64,000 nt of DNA from an uncultured Desulfospira sp. (GTDB lineage: Bacteria; Desulfobacterota; Desulfobacteria; Desulfobacterales; Desulfobacteraceae), in assembly GCA_963663165.1 (NCBI GenBank), contig OY760175.1, positions 352,001 through 416,000 of the forward strand, read 5' to 3'. The position numbers and the translations under genes are program-made. Under the pieces are notes generated by a model. The model saw only the letters and a program-made list of their open reading frames with translations, searched no databases and was not told the DNA's origin. Below, piece after piece: positions 49,890 through 60,005 of this stretch (within the stretch, counting starts at the first letter, position 1; the number at the start of each line of letters is the position of its first letter).

Positions 49890-51017
49890 TCAAATTTTTA
49901 CAAGCTTGAACTCCGTTGCTGCGGTTTTGATTTCTTCTATTTCCGGGGTGGCCGGGGCCAGCTGCTCGGCGGCCGTGAGCAGGTCATAAAACCTGCCGTT
50001 GGCGTTGATGATCCGGCGGCTGTTGTCGGGCTCGCCAAAGCCGGTCTGGTGGTAGTGGGTCTGGATCTGGGTTTTGAAGGTTTCGCTTAATGGACCTGTG
50101 ATGAGGTTAAGTTCCAGGAGGCGGTAGAGAAAGGCTTCGGCTGAGATGCCGAACCGGTGTTTGATGCGAAGCAGAAGGTCAAAGGTCCAGGTGTCAGGGG
50201 TGATCCCCAGCTGCCCGATCGTGGCCCGGACAGCGGTGGCCGGTGCCAGAAACGTGGCGGCAAAGCATCGGGCGGCCCGGATGGGGGTGACGGGCCGGGG
50301 GCCGGGATCGGATTCGGGGAAAAGGGTGTCTTTTCTGATTCTGATCTGGTTGAAGATCAGGATTTTGCCAAGCTCTGTGGCAAGGGAGAAAAGCTGTTTT
50401 TCCGGGTTCTTCTTTGCGTCGATGAAAAAAAAGGCGTTCTGGTGGATGGGTTCGTAAAAGGAGACGGCGTCAAAGTCTTGGGCCGCCTTCATGAAAGGGA
50501 GGACGAGGATGCGCAATCCAAAATTTTCAAACAGTTCCAGGTAGTCAAATACCACGGCGTCCCCGGTGCCCATGGCGTCCCTGACCCTTTGGGACAGATG
50601 TTCCATGCCCGGATAGTCCGGTTCAAAGGGGAGGGTCAGGGGAACAAGGGCGTGTTTTTGAACACCCAGGATGTCTTCCAGTGCATGGAAGGCGGTCATG
50701 AGTTGGTGGCACACCGACAGCAGTGGCTTGGGCGGGATGACCGGGTCTTGATCAATGGCCGTAAACAGGGCGTCGGTGTCGGCGGCTGAGGCCCGGGCCT
50801 GGGTCAGTTCCGGGGAAAACAGGGCGTCGGCCGGGACATCTAAGGCCTGGGTGAGGCTGTAGATCACCGCTGCCGAGGGCAGGTTGATGCCCCGTTCAAT
50901 GCGGCCGAGGGGGCCTTCCCGGATGCCGATTTTGGCGGCAAGCCGGGCCAGGGTCCAGTTTCGGGACCGGCGGAAAAAACGGATGTTTTTTCCGATAAAT
51001 TTTAGGTCGTCGCTCAT
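49890..51017 (-). CDS. XRE-family HTH fused to an ImmA/IrrE-like (DUF955) domain with a degenerate zinc motif
   Basis: IGKNIRFFR..WTLARLA..IERG HTH; FSLATELGKIL where HELGH is expected; FAATFLAP. Confidence 0.8.
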   Translation of the reverse strand: MSDDLKFIGKNIRFFRRSRNWTLARLAAKIGIREGPLGRIERGINLPSAAVIYSLTQALDVPADALFSPELTQARASAADTDALFTAIDQDPVIPPKPLLSVCHQLMTAFHALEDILGVQKHALVPLTLPFEPDYPGMEHLSQRVRDAMGTGDAVVFDYLELFENFGLRILVLPFMKAAQDFDAVSFYEPIHQNAFFFIDAKKNPEKQLFSLATELGKILIFNQIRIRKDTLFPESDPGPRPVTPIRAARCFAATFLAPATAVRATIGQLGITPDTWTFDLLLRIKHRFGISAEAFLYRLLELNLITGPLSETFKTQIQTHYHQTGFGEPDNSRRIINANGRFYDLLTAAEQLAPATPEIEEIKTAATEFKLVKI

Positions 51018-51097
51018 GAAGTTTTTAAAACCATATAGTTCTGTTTATGTCAATAGGCAAGGATGATTTTTGTTAAAAAAAATTGATGTGTGCTAAA

Positions 51098-51225
51098 CAA
51101 GGCCATTAACTTAAGCGTTAATGGTAAGAAACCGGAGACAAGGGGACGAAGCCCCTTTGGCGCCTGGTTAACTGGCCTCAGGATAGAAGAGGCCTGTGAT
51201 AAAAAGCCTTAAGTTAATGGTATTG
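51098..51225. mobile_element. MITE-like element (128 bp)
   Basis: 18-bp terminal inverted repeats (16/18; core CCATTAACTTAAG perfect) flanked by 9-bp direct repeats TGTGCTAAA / TGTGCTTAA. Confidence 0.6.
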
Positions 51226-51285
51226 TGTGCTTAAATTGGCGGGTGTTCGGAAAGCAGAGGGGAGCAAAAGGGCAGGGCCAAGGCC

Positions 51286-51513
51286 CTAATCCTTGGGCAG
51301 GCCGTAAACCAGAAGGTCCATCAGCAGGTCAACCCGGGCGGCTTTTTCTGATTTGGAAATCTCGTTGAACGGATCATTGAAAAACCGGTCAAAGGAACCG
51401 GGGTCATCAATAATCTGGGACGCGTAGACAGCCTTAAAGTCATTAAAGCTGAGTCCGGTTGCCGAGCAGTGGTCAAGGATGCGTTGTTTAATTATTTTGT
51501 GATCCGTCTCCAT
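51286..51513 (-). CDS. Small hypothetical protein
   Basis: 75-aa ORF with host-like composition, same strand as its neighbours. Confidence 0.55.
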   Translation of the reverse strand: METDHKIIKQRILDHCSATGLSFNDFKAVYASQIIDDPGSFDRFFNDPFNEISKSEKAARVDLLMDLLVYGLPKD

Positions 51514-51580
51514 GAAAAATATATAAAACTTCGCTGGGGCAAAATAAAGAAATCTTTTTTAATTCCGGGTCAAGGCCGGT

Positions 51581-54500
51581 TCAGGCACTCATGGCCGGAT
51601 GGTCCTGCCCGGCCTGTTTGGCCGTATGGATGAAAAAGGCCAGCCGGTTCTGTATGTTGGCGTCGCTGTTTCCCGCGTCCATGTCCAGGGCAAGGAAATT
51701 CAGATCCGGGAACAGATCGGTCAGCTTCTTGGACATTCCCTTGGCCACAATGTGGTTGGCAATGCACCCAAAGGGCTGAAGGCTGATGATGTTCCGGATG
51801 CCGGATTCGGCCATGGTGACCACTTCGCCGGGCAGCAGCCAGCCTTCTCCGGCCTGGTTGGCCAGGCTGATGACGGTTTCGGCTTTCCGGGCCAGTTCAA
51901 ATGCCGATGGAATGGGGCCCAGGTCAACCTTGAAGGATGACATCAGGGTGTTGACGTGCCGGATTCTCCGGTCCACCAGCCGCTGAACGAACGAAAGGCC
52001 CTTTTGGCCCAGGCGGTTGCAGGACTGGATATGGTGGGCGGCATTAAAGGAGATATTGACAATGGATTGCATAAAAAAGGTCATCAGCGGGGGGACAAAG
52101 ACCTGAATGCCTTCACAAGTGAGCCTGTCGACAATATGGTTGTTGGCAAATGGATTGTATTTGACGTAGATTTCACCCACAATCCCTGCTTTGGGATAGC
52201 GGCCGGGGCAGGTCCTGATCCGGTTGAAATCATTAATGGCATGTTCAAGCAGTGTGCTGCTGTGTTTGACGGTCCATCGGCCCACATGGCTTTGGGCGGT
52301 TTTTACATGGGTTTCCAGGACGGCCAGGGCATCTCCTCGGGTACGTTCCCGGACCGCAATGGCATGGTACATGCGGATAAGCTGATCCATCACCAGCAGG
52401 GCGGAAAGGATCAGGCTGATGGCCTGGGGCCGGTTGATGGAAAAGCCGGGCTGGTCGTTGGCGCTCTGCTTGCTGAAAGAGGGGGAGACCACCGGGATGT
52501 TGTCGTATCCGGCCTGCAGCAGGGCCTTTTTTAACAGGGAGGTGTAGTTGGTGGCCCGGCATTGCCCCCCGGTTTCGGTCAGGGCCACGGCCGTGTTGGC
52601 AAGGTCATACTTTCCGCTGTTTAAGCCTTTGATGATATCGCCGATGGTGATAATGGCCGGGTAGCACATGTCGTTGTTCACGTATTTTAAACCAAGTTTT
52701 ACCGACTCGTTGTCCGGGGGCGGCAGGATTTCAACCTGGTATCCCATGGGGATGAAAACCGTTTGGGCAAATAAAGAGTAGAACGGGGAAAAGTCGGGAA
52801 CCAGAATGTTCCGTGCCCGGTCCGCCTTTTTGAAGGGGGGCAGTTTTTTTCTGGAACGGCTGGGCACAGGCTTTGCGCTTTCTTTGCGCGTTTCAAGCAT
52901 GGACCGGATGCGCAGTCTGGCCGATCCGATACTGGTGATTTCGTCTATCTTTAATACCACGGGAACCTTGCCGTAGGTTTTTAAAATTACCTTGACCTCG
53001 TCAATTACCACGGCGTCCGGCCCGCACCCAAAGGAGTTGAACTGGACAAATTGAGCTGCGGGTTCTTTCCCGGTCCAGTGGGCGGCCCGGTAAAGCCGGT
53101 TGGAATATTGCCACTGGTCCGCCACTTCAAGGGATTCGGGCAGCTCAACAGCCCCAAGGGGCAGGGCGTCTTCTGACAGGACATGGATTCCCATGCGGCT
53201 GATCAGATCGGGGATGGCATGATTGACGGCCGGGTCCGCATGATAGGGGCGGCCGGCCAGCACCACCATCAGTTCATTATTGGCCCGTGCCCTTTCAATG
53301 GTTTTTTTGCCCGCAGCCCTTAACGCTTGTTTAAACCGGTCCATGGCCCCAAGGGCCTTTGAAAAAGCCTGTTGAAACCGGCTTTCCGGGACATTGAATT
53401 TTTTGACATAGGCCCGGCAGGCTTTTTCAAGCAGGATTTTATCGTTGAAGTTGATGGTGGGGCTGTCCATGGGAATGCCGTACCGTGACGGGTTGACGGC
53501 GCTGTTGATCACATCGGGGTATCCGGTGATCACCGGGCAGTTAAAATGATTGGATTCGTCCTTGAATTGTGAGGCCTCAAACACCACCCGGGGGAAAAAA
53601 ATAAAATCCGTTTTTTGGGTTATCAGGTCAAATATGTGGGCATGGACCAGCTTGGCCGGATAGCAGATATTGTCCGACATGATGGTGGTGGCGCTGTTAA
53701 TGCCAAGGTCCTTGTCCCGGGGGCGGGACCGGACCACCGTAAACCCGAGGCCGTTGAACAGGGCGGCCCAGAAGGGGAAATTTTCAAAAAGGTTTAAGAC
53801 CATGGGAATCCCGATAACCGGGGCCCCGGCATCCGGTGTCTTAGCATCAGATGCCGTATCTGTCAGGTCTTCCAGCAGCCGGTACTTGATATTAAACAGG
53901 TTGTCGCCGGGGGTGATAACCTTGTGGCTGTTGGAGAACTTCTGGTCGCACCGGTTTCCGGTATAGTACCGGCACCCGTTGGGGAACCGGATCATATGGA
54001 CCCGGCAGTGGTTGGTGCATCCCTTGCAGGTGACCTGTTTTTCAACGGTATTGCCGGCGCAGGCCAGACTGTCAAACAGCGGCCGGGCCATACCGGTATG
54101 GGCCGGTTTGCCGGCGGCAATTTGCCGGGCATAGATGGCGGCCCCATAGGCCCCCATGTATTCGGCAATGTCCGGCCGGACGATATCAGTGTCCAGCAGT
54201 TTTTCCAGGGCCCTCAACACGGCGGGATTTTTAAAGGTGCCCCCCTGGGCGACAATTTTTCCCCCAAGTTCCCGGGCATCGGATATCCTTAACACCTTGT
54301 GAAGGCAGTTCTGGATCACCGCGTAGGACAATCCGGCCGCCACATCCGCCACATGGCTTCCCTGGCGCAAGGCCTGTTTAACACTGGAATTCATGAACAC
54401 GGTACACCGGCTGCCCAGGTCCGCCGGATGCCTGGATGTGCAGGCAAGATCCCCGAAACCTGCTGCCGTGTAGCCCAGGGAATCGGCAAAGGTTTCAATA

Positions 54501-55906
54501 AACGAACCGCAGCCCGACGAGCAGGCTTCATTGACTTCAATTTTGGTGATCAGCCCGTTTTCAACAAAGATGGCCTTGATGTCCTGGCCGCCGATGTCCA
54601 GAATAAAGGTGACGTCCGGATCAAATTGTCTGGCCGCATAATAATGGGCCAGTGTCTCCACCATGCCGGTGTCAATGTTTAATGCCGCCCGGATCAGTTC
54701 CTCACCGTATCCGGTCACCACGCACTGTTTTACCTCACAGGGGATCTTTTGGGCATCAAGGGTTTGTTTTAAGGCGAAAAGGCCCTTTTGAACGCTTTTA
54801 ACGGGATTGCCCCGGTTATGGTCATAATGCACAAACAGGATCTGGTCCCTGGCATCGGCGGCCACTATTTTCGTGGTGGTGGAGCCGGCGTCAATGCCCA
54901 CAAACAGTTCTTTCCCCGCCGGGGCCTGGACCCGGGGAACCGTGTACTGGGCCTTGTTAATATCCCACATGATCCGTTCCTGATCGTTTTTGAACAGCAT
55001 GTCATGCTGGGCGGTTAAGGAGATTTCCCCGCCGGTTTCCTTTAATTTCCGGCAAAGCAGGTCCAGTTCTGTGGCCTTAGCAACTCCGGCATCCAGGGTC
55101 AGGGCCGCGCCATATGCCGGAAATACCCTGGACATCTCCGGCAGAATGGTCTGGTCCGGATGGATTGATAAGACCCGGCAAAAAGACTGCCTTAAGGACC
55201 GGTAGTAAAATAAAGGCCCGCCCACAAATACCACCGGCGGTTTAATGTCCCGGCCCCGGGCAAGGGAGTTGACCGCCTGGATGGCCACGGCCTGGAACAC
55301 CGATGCGGCGATCTGGGTTTTGGGGATTCCGGTGTTGATCAGGTTCTGGACATCGGTTTTGGCAAACACCCCGCAGCGCGAGGCAATGGTATGGCAGGTA
55401 TCTGCCTGTAAGGCCAGCTGGTCAAGCTCATCGGTGGTGAGGTTCATCAGGCTTGCCATCTGGTCGATAAAGGCGCCGGTGCCGCCGGCACAGTTGCCGT
55501 TCATGCGCATATCCGGGCCGCAGCGGTCGTTGAAAAAGATCATTTTGCTGTCTTCTCCCCCGATATCGATGAGCATCTTGCTTTGGGGGTGCCGGCCCGT
55601 GACCGCACCTGAGGCCGCCACCACTTCCTGGACAAAGGGAAGATCCGTCCGTTCGGCAATCCCCATTCCGGCGGAACCCGTCAGTACCGGGCATACCCTG
55701 ATATTGCCAAAGCGGTCATGCACGCGGTCCAGCATGGATAAAATTGTTTTTAAAACATCGGCCTTGTGGCGGTGATAGTCCGAGTAAATGACATTGACGC
55801 TTGAATTCACCAATACCAGCTTTGCAGTCGTGGAACCCAGATCCAGGCCCAGACGGAACACCTCAGGCATTCGGTCGACTTGCCCTTTTCCATTGTTTTT
55901 CAACAT
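51581..55906 (-). CDS. Acyl-CoA dehydratase activase-related protein (two BadF/BadG/BcrA/BcrD ATPase domains + DUF2229-type region)
   Basis: GLDLGSTTAK, DIGGEDSK, CAGGTG; second domain GIDAGSTTTK, DIGGQD, CSSGCG; CKGCTNHC. Confidence 0.9.
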   Translation of the reverse strand: MLKNNGKGQVDRMPEVFRLGLDLGSTTAKLVLVNSSVNVIYSDYHRHKADVLKTILSMLDRVHDRFGNIRVCPVLTGSAGMGIAERTDLPFVQEVVAASGAVTGRHPQSKMLIDIGGEDSKMIFFNDRCGPDMRMNGNCAGGTGAFIDQMASLMNLTTDELDQLALQADTCHTIASRCGVFAKTDVQNLINTGIPKTQIAASVFQAVAIQAVNSLARGRDIKPPVVFVGGPLFYYRSLRQSFCRVLSIHPDQTILPEMSRVFPAYGAALTLDAGVAKATELDLLCRKLKETGGEISLTAQHDMLFKNDQERIMWDINKAQYTVPRVQAPAGKELFVGIDAGSTTTKIVAADARDQILFVHYDHNRGNPVKSVQKGLFALKQTLDAQKIPCEVKQCVVTGYGEELIRAALNIDTGMVETLAHYYAARQFDPDVTFILDIGGQDIKAIFVENGLITKIEVNEACSSGCGSFIETFADSLGYTAAGFGDLACTSRHPADLGSRCTVFMNSSVKQALRQGSHVADVAAGLSYAVIQNCLHKVLRISDARELGGKIVAQGGTFKNPAVLRALEKLLDTDIVRPDIAEYMGAYGAAIYARQIAAGKPAHTGMARPLFDSLACAGNTVEKQVTCKGCTNHCRVHMIRFPNGCRYYTGNRCDQKFSNSHKVITPGDNLFNIKYRLLEDLTDTASDAKTPDAGAPVIGIPMVLNLFENFPFWAALFNGLGFTVVRSRPRDKDLGINSATTIMSDNICYPAKLVHAHIFDLITQKTDFIFFPRVVFEASQFKDESNHFNCPVITGYPDVINSAVNPSRYGIPMDSPTINFNDKILLEKACRAYVKKFNVPESRFQQAFSKALGAMDRFKQALRAAGKKTIERARANNELMVVLAGRPYHADPAVNHAIPDLISRMGIHVLSEDALPLGAVELPESLEVADQWQYSNRLYRAAHWTGKEPAAQFVQFNSFGCGPDAVVIDEVKVILKTYGKVPVVLKIDEITSIGSARLRIRSMLETRKESAKPVPSRSRKKLPPFKKADRARNILVPDFSPFYSLFAQTVFIPMGYQVEILPPPDNESVKLGLKYVNNDMCYPAIITIGDIIKGLNSGKYDLANTAVALTETGGQCRATNYTSLLKKALLQAGYDNIPVVSPSFSKQSANDQPGFSINRPQAISLILSALLVMDQLIRMYHAIAVRERTRGDALAVLETHVKTAQSHVGRWTVKHSSTLLEHAINDFNRIRTCPGRYPKAGIVGEIYVKYNPFANNHIVDRLTCEGIQVFVPPLMTFFMQSIVNISFNAAHHIQSCNRLGQKGLSFVQRLVDRRIRHVNTLMSSFKVDLGPIPSAFELARKAETVISLANQAGEGWLLPGEVVTMAESGIRNIISLQPFGCIANHIVAKGMSKKLTDLFPDLNFLALDMDAGNSDANIQNRLAFFIHTAKQAGQDHPAMSA

Positions 55907-56100
55907 GGTCAGCTGCCCCCGTCATTGCGTATGAACACCTTATGTGAGAATGCCATAAAATGAATCTTAAAATTGACGTTATCCTGTTGTTGGGAATTTG
56001 TCAAAAGTATGATTTATATATTCTGTTTATATCCCCCTGCGCCTTTGCGGGAAAGTTAAAAAATGGTAGAATCCGGAACGGTTAACTTTGGTGCAGGGTT

Positions 56101-56436
56101 ATGGGGCTTACAGTTTTTACACAACAGGTGCTTGAGGTTGTCCGGGCCATCCCCGAGGGCAGGGTCCTGACCTACGGACAGGCGGCGCTTCTGGCCGGCA
56201 ATCCTAACGGGGCCCGGCAGGTGGCACGGATCCTTCATTCCATGTCCGGAAAGCACCAGCTGCCCTGGCACCGGGTGATCAACGCCAAAGGCCGGATTTC
56301 CCTGCCAAAGTCCCGGGGGTATGAACTTCAAAAGGCCCTGTTGGAATCTGAAAATGTCGGGTTTTCCCTTTCCGGGGAGGTGGATCTTTCCGTTTATCTG
56401 TGGATGCCGGACACCGGGACAGGAGAGCAGGGATGA
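56101..56436 (+). CDS. MGMT family alkyltransferase-like protein (ATL/YbaZ type)
   Basis: IPEGRVLTYGQ..A, PWHRVIN (Trp in place of the catalytic Cys). Confidence 0.9.
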   Translation: MGLTVFTQQVLEVVRAIPEGRVLTYGQAALLAGNPNGARQVARILHSMSGKHQLPWHRVINAKGRISLPKSRGYELQKALLESENVGFSLSGEVDLSVYLWMPDTGTGEQG

Positions 56437-58895
56437 GCCGAACCCGGTCCGGCCTGGTTCATCTGCCCATGGTCTGGGTGATGATGTTCCTGATCCTGGG
56501 CATTTTGCTGGGGGATGCCCTGGGCATGGTCTGGGGCGGCCTTGTTTTTTTATTGTTCTGGGCCGGGTATGGGGCCATGGCCCGGTCTCTCCTTGAAGGC
56601 ACGCCGGCGGTGGCGGCATGCCTGGGGCTGCTGGCCGGCATATGGGGGGTATACGGAGGGGTGTCGCCGGGCGCCTCACATCTGCCTGCCGGACATGTGG
56701 CCCGGTACTGTGACGGCCGTGTCTATGACATACAGGGGCGGATTGCCTCTTTTCAGGAACATTATCCGGGCAAGACCCGTGTTAAGCTTTCGGCCTGCGC
56801 CCTGAAGCCCCATAAGGGGGACGGCCAACACCGCCGGATTGTTAAAGGAAAGGTCTTTCTTAATCTTTACGGCCTGGAACAGTTTTGTGCCGGATACGGG
56901 GACCTGGTCACGGTAAGTGCCGCCCTCAAGCCTGTCCGGAATTTTAATAACCCGGGGGGATTTGATTACCGGACATTTTTAAGGCGGCAGGGCATTTATG
57001 GTTCAGTGAGTACCAAGGCCTCCAAGGTCGGGGTTTACCAGAGTCATGCCTTAAAAGACCGGTTCATGCAGCAGCTGGAAGCCTTGAGGAACGGTTTTTT
57101 TAACCTTGTTCTGATGCGGCTGGGGAATACCGATGCCGCCCATATCCTCAACGCTATGGTGACCGGTAAAAAACGGCTGATCCCGCCGGAACTCAGGGAC
57201 CGGTTTGCCAAGACCGGGACGGCCCATCTGCTGGCTATTTCAGGCCTTCATATGTCCATTCTCGGCCTGGTGGTGTTCTGGATCAGTTTTGGTCTGCTCT
57301 CGTTTTTCAGGCCCTGGCTGATTTCCGGCAGGGCGAAAAAGGCCGCCTGGGTGCTGACCTTGGGCCTGCTCTTTGTTTACGGGCTGTTTTCCGGGTTTTC
57401 CCCGTCTACCCGGCGGGCCTTTATCATGGCGGCCGTGTTTGCCCTTTCGTTTATCCTGGAAAGAGAGGCCCTCTCCTTTAATACCCTGGCCCTGGCCGGT
57501 CTGGTTATTTTGCTTTTGGAGCCCTTTGCCCTGTTTACCATTTCCTTTCAGCTGTCTTTTGGTGCGGTGGCCTTTATCCTGGCCGGGTTTGACCTGGCCC
57601 GCAAGTTTGGGATGATGGAGAAACATCAGATTATTGTCCGCGGGGGCAGTGCCTGCCTGGTTCCCCTGGCCGCAGGCCTTGGCACGTTGCCCCTGACGGC
57701 CTGTTATTTTAATATGGTGTCCCATGTCCAGGTCTTTGCCAACCTGATGCTGGTGCCCCTGGTGGGGTTTGTCTGCCTGCCGCTGGGATTTTTGGCGTTT
57801 GTGCTGTTTTGCATCTGCCCGGATTTTTCCTTCCCGCTGGTTGATCTTTGCGGGGGCCTGATCAATGGCGCACTGGCCCTGGCTGGGTTTTTTGAAGGGC
57901 TGCCCTTTGCCTGGGCCCGGGTGGGGACCCCGGACAAACTGGCCCTGGTTCTGATTTACCTTGGCTTTTTAGGGGCGTATCTGCTGTTAAAGACCGGGAA
58001 AAAGAAGGTGTGGGCCGCTTTTCTGGCCGTTGTTCTATTGGCACTCCTGGCAGATGCCGGTATGGCGGCCTGGAAACGGTTTCGTCCGGGAGATACCCGG
58101 ATTACCGTGCTGGATGTGGGGCAGGGCAATTCATGCCTGATCCGGTCCGGGACCGGCCATACCGTTCTGGTGGACGGCGGCGGGTTTTCGGGGCTGTCCG
58201 CCTTTGACCCGGGCCGGTATATTGTGGCGCCGTTTCTCTGGCAGCAGCATATTTTGACCCTGGATATGGTGGTCTTAACCCATCCTGAAGCAGACCATAT
58301 GAACGGGCTGGTGTTTATCCTGGAAAATTTTAAGGTCAAAAAGTTTGTCAAAAATCAGGATGTCAGAGACACGGGGGCTTACCAGAAAATGATGGAGATC
58401 TGCCGCAAAAAAGGGATTGGCCAGGTTCACCCGGGTTCCGGGACCAGGCAGTTTGATTCGGGCCGGGCCAGGCTTTCCTTTTTCGGGGTTCCGGCGGGGC
58501 ACCCGGACATTAACTTTAACGATAACTGCCTGGTGTTTAAGCTTTGCCAGGATAATTTTTCCATGCTGTTTGCCGGCGACATCATGACAACAAGGGAGCA
58601 GATCCTGGCGGACAGCCAGGGAGGACGGCTCGATTCCGACATTTTGCTGTGTCCCCACCATGGCAGCCAAAGTTCAAGCAATGATTTTTTCCTTGAAAAA
58701 GTCAGTCCTGAAAGTGTAATAATATCGTGTGGATTCGCCAATCGATATGGGTTTCCCCACTCACTGGTTTTAAACCGTTACATGGATCGCAAATGCCGGA
58801 TTTTTAGAACCGATATCCATGGGGCCGTCACCATCAGCGTCCGTGGCGGCACATATAACATCTTGCCGTATATTCAGACAACCGGCAAAGGATAA
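56433..58895 (+). CDS. comEC: DNA internalisation competence protein ComEC/Rec2
   Basis: NPGGFDY, HLLAISGLH, DVGQG, THPEADH, PHHGS, NRYGFPH; ATG overlaps the upstream TGA. Confidence 0.92.
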   Translation: MSRTRSGLVHLPMVWVMMFLILGILLGDALGMVWGGLVFLLFWAGYGAMARSLLEGTPAVAACLGLLAGIWGVYGGVSPGASHLPAGHVARYCDGRVYDIQGRIASFQEHYPGKTRVKLSACALKPHKGDGQHRRIVKGKVFLNLYGLEQFCAGYGDLVTVSAALKPVRNFNNPGGFDYRTFLRRQGIYGSVSTKASKVGVYQSHALKDRFMQQLEALRNGFFNLVLMRLGNTDAAHILNAMVTGKKRLIPPELRDRFAKTGTAHLLAISGLHMSILGLVVFWISFGLLSFFRPWLISGRAKKAAWVLTLGLLFVYGLFSGFSPSTRRAFIMAAVFALSFILEREALSFNTLALAGLVILLLEPFALFTISFQLSFGAVAFILAGFDLARKFGMMEKHQIIVRGGSACLVPLAAGLGTLPLTACYFNMVSHVQVFANLMLVPLVGFVCLPLGFLAFVLFCICPDFSFPLVDLCGGLINGALALAGFFEGLPFAWARVGTPDKLALVLIYLGFLGAYLLLKTGKKKVWAAFLAVVLLALLADAGMAAWKRFRPGDTRITVLDVGQGNSCLIRSGTGHTVLVDGGGFSGLSAFDPGRYIVAPFLWQQHILTLDMVVLTHPEADHMNGLVFILENFKVKKFVKNQDVRDTGAYQKMMEICRKKGIGQVHPGSGTRQFDSGRARLSFFGVPAGHPDINFNDNCLVFKLCQDNFSMLFAGDIMTTREQILADSQGGRLDSDILLCPHHGSQSSSNDFFLEKVSPESVIISCGFANRYGFPHSLVLNRYMDRKCRIFRTDIHGAVTISVRGGTYNILPYIQTTGKG

Positions 58896-58898
58896 ATC

Positions 58899-59723
58899 GT
58901 GTATTATTTTTATTTTCCCTATGTGTTCATTCTTTCCGGGGCCATGCTGTTTGACTGCTTTCGCAGAAAACAGCCCCTGTGGTGGGCCGCCATGGTGCTG
59001 TTTGCCCCGGTGACAGCCCCGTATTTTATTTTTAAGTCCCGCAAGACAGAGGGGTTGATTCTGTTCATGGTTTTCATGGCCACGTTTTCCATGGTGGCGG
59101 GCGTGGAAATTTATCTCTGGGCCAAGGATAAAGAAAAAAACAAGTATGCCCACCTTCCCCCCATTGTCCGTGAAACCATCCGGTTCAGCGATATCCTCAA
59201 GCAGACCACCCAGGACCTTGACCAGGCCCTGATCGAGCTTGAAGATATGTCCAAGAAAATGACCTCGCCCGGTGAGGTTCACGATACCCTGGCATTTATC
59301 AAAATTGTTCGTGAGGCCGAGGCGGTTAATCAGGAAGCCGTTACCCGGCTGGTCAGATTTACCCAGGATTACCAGTCCTATTTTGTGAAACAGGAGTTAA
59401 GCTGGGTGTACCAGATCAATGAGTTTTATACCTGCCGGAAGGTGATCATTCACCAGCGAAGCCTCAACCAGTACCTGGACGCCTTTGAAGCCATGCTCCG
59501 GTATATTGCCGACAATTTTGACGAGATTATGTCAAAGGAATCCAATCCCCAGAAAAAGAACTATGATGAATATTACATCCGGTACCGGCGGGCGGTTGAC
59601 CGGCATAACAAATTTAATGTCATGCGCATTGAGTTTCAGAACGAATTCTCCAAAAAACATCCCGGGGTGAGCCCGTACCTGCCCGGAACCCGTCAGACCG
59701 CAACTTTCAAGCTGTGGCAGTAG
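58899..59723 (+). CDS. Hypothetical membrane-anchored protein
   Basis: 274 aa; N-terminal hydrophobic helices followed by a helical soluble region. Confidence 0.7.
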   Translation: MYYFYFPYVFILSGAMLFDCFRRKQPLWWAAMVLFAPVTAPYFIFKSRKTEGLILFMVFMATFSMVAGVEIYLWAKDKEKNKYAHLPPIVRETIRFSDILKQTTQDLDQALIELEDMSKKMTSPGEVHDTLAFIKIVREAEAVNQEAVTRLVRFTQDYQSYFVKQELSWVYQINEFYTCRKVIIHQRSLNQYLDAFEAMLRYIADNFDEIMSKESNPQKKNYDEYYIRYRRAVDRHNKFNVMRIEFQNEFSKKHPGVSPYLPGTRQTATFKLWQ

Positions 59724-59823
59724 GTTTAGGGGGTTAGGGGTTCAGGCTGAAGGCTGAAGGGGGGGCAGGGTGATCGCATGTAACTTGCCTTCCGGTGATG
59801 TCAATTTAGATGATAAGGATAAT

Positions 59824-59920
59824 AATGTATAAAATTAGGACTTGGGATATGGGACTTGGGCAGGCCGTGGATGCCGCAATCCCCAGGTCCCATATCCCAA
59901 GTCCAATTTTTTGGAGATTA
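59824..59920. repeat. GGGACTT-family inverted repeat, compact copy
   Basis: ggacttgggatatgggacttgggg-caggccgtggatgccgcaat-ccccaggtcccatatcccaagtcc. Confidence 0.7.
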
Positions 59921-60005
59921 TTCTTATTTCCCATTCCAGGATGGCTTATTTTTTTACATGCGATTGCCCTGTGAAGGGGGGGACCTTTTACCTTCAGTCT
60001 TCCGC

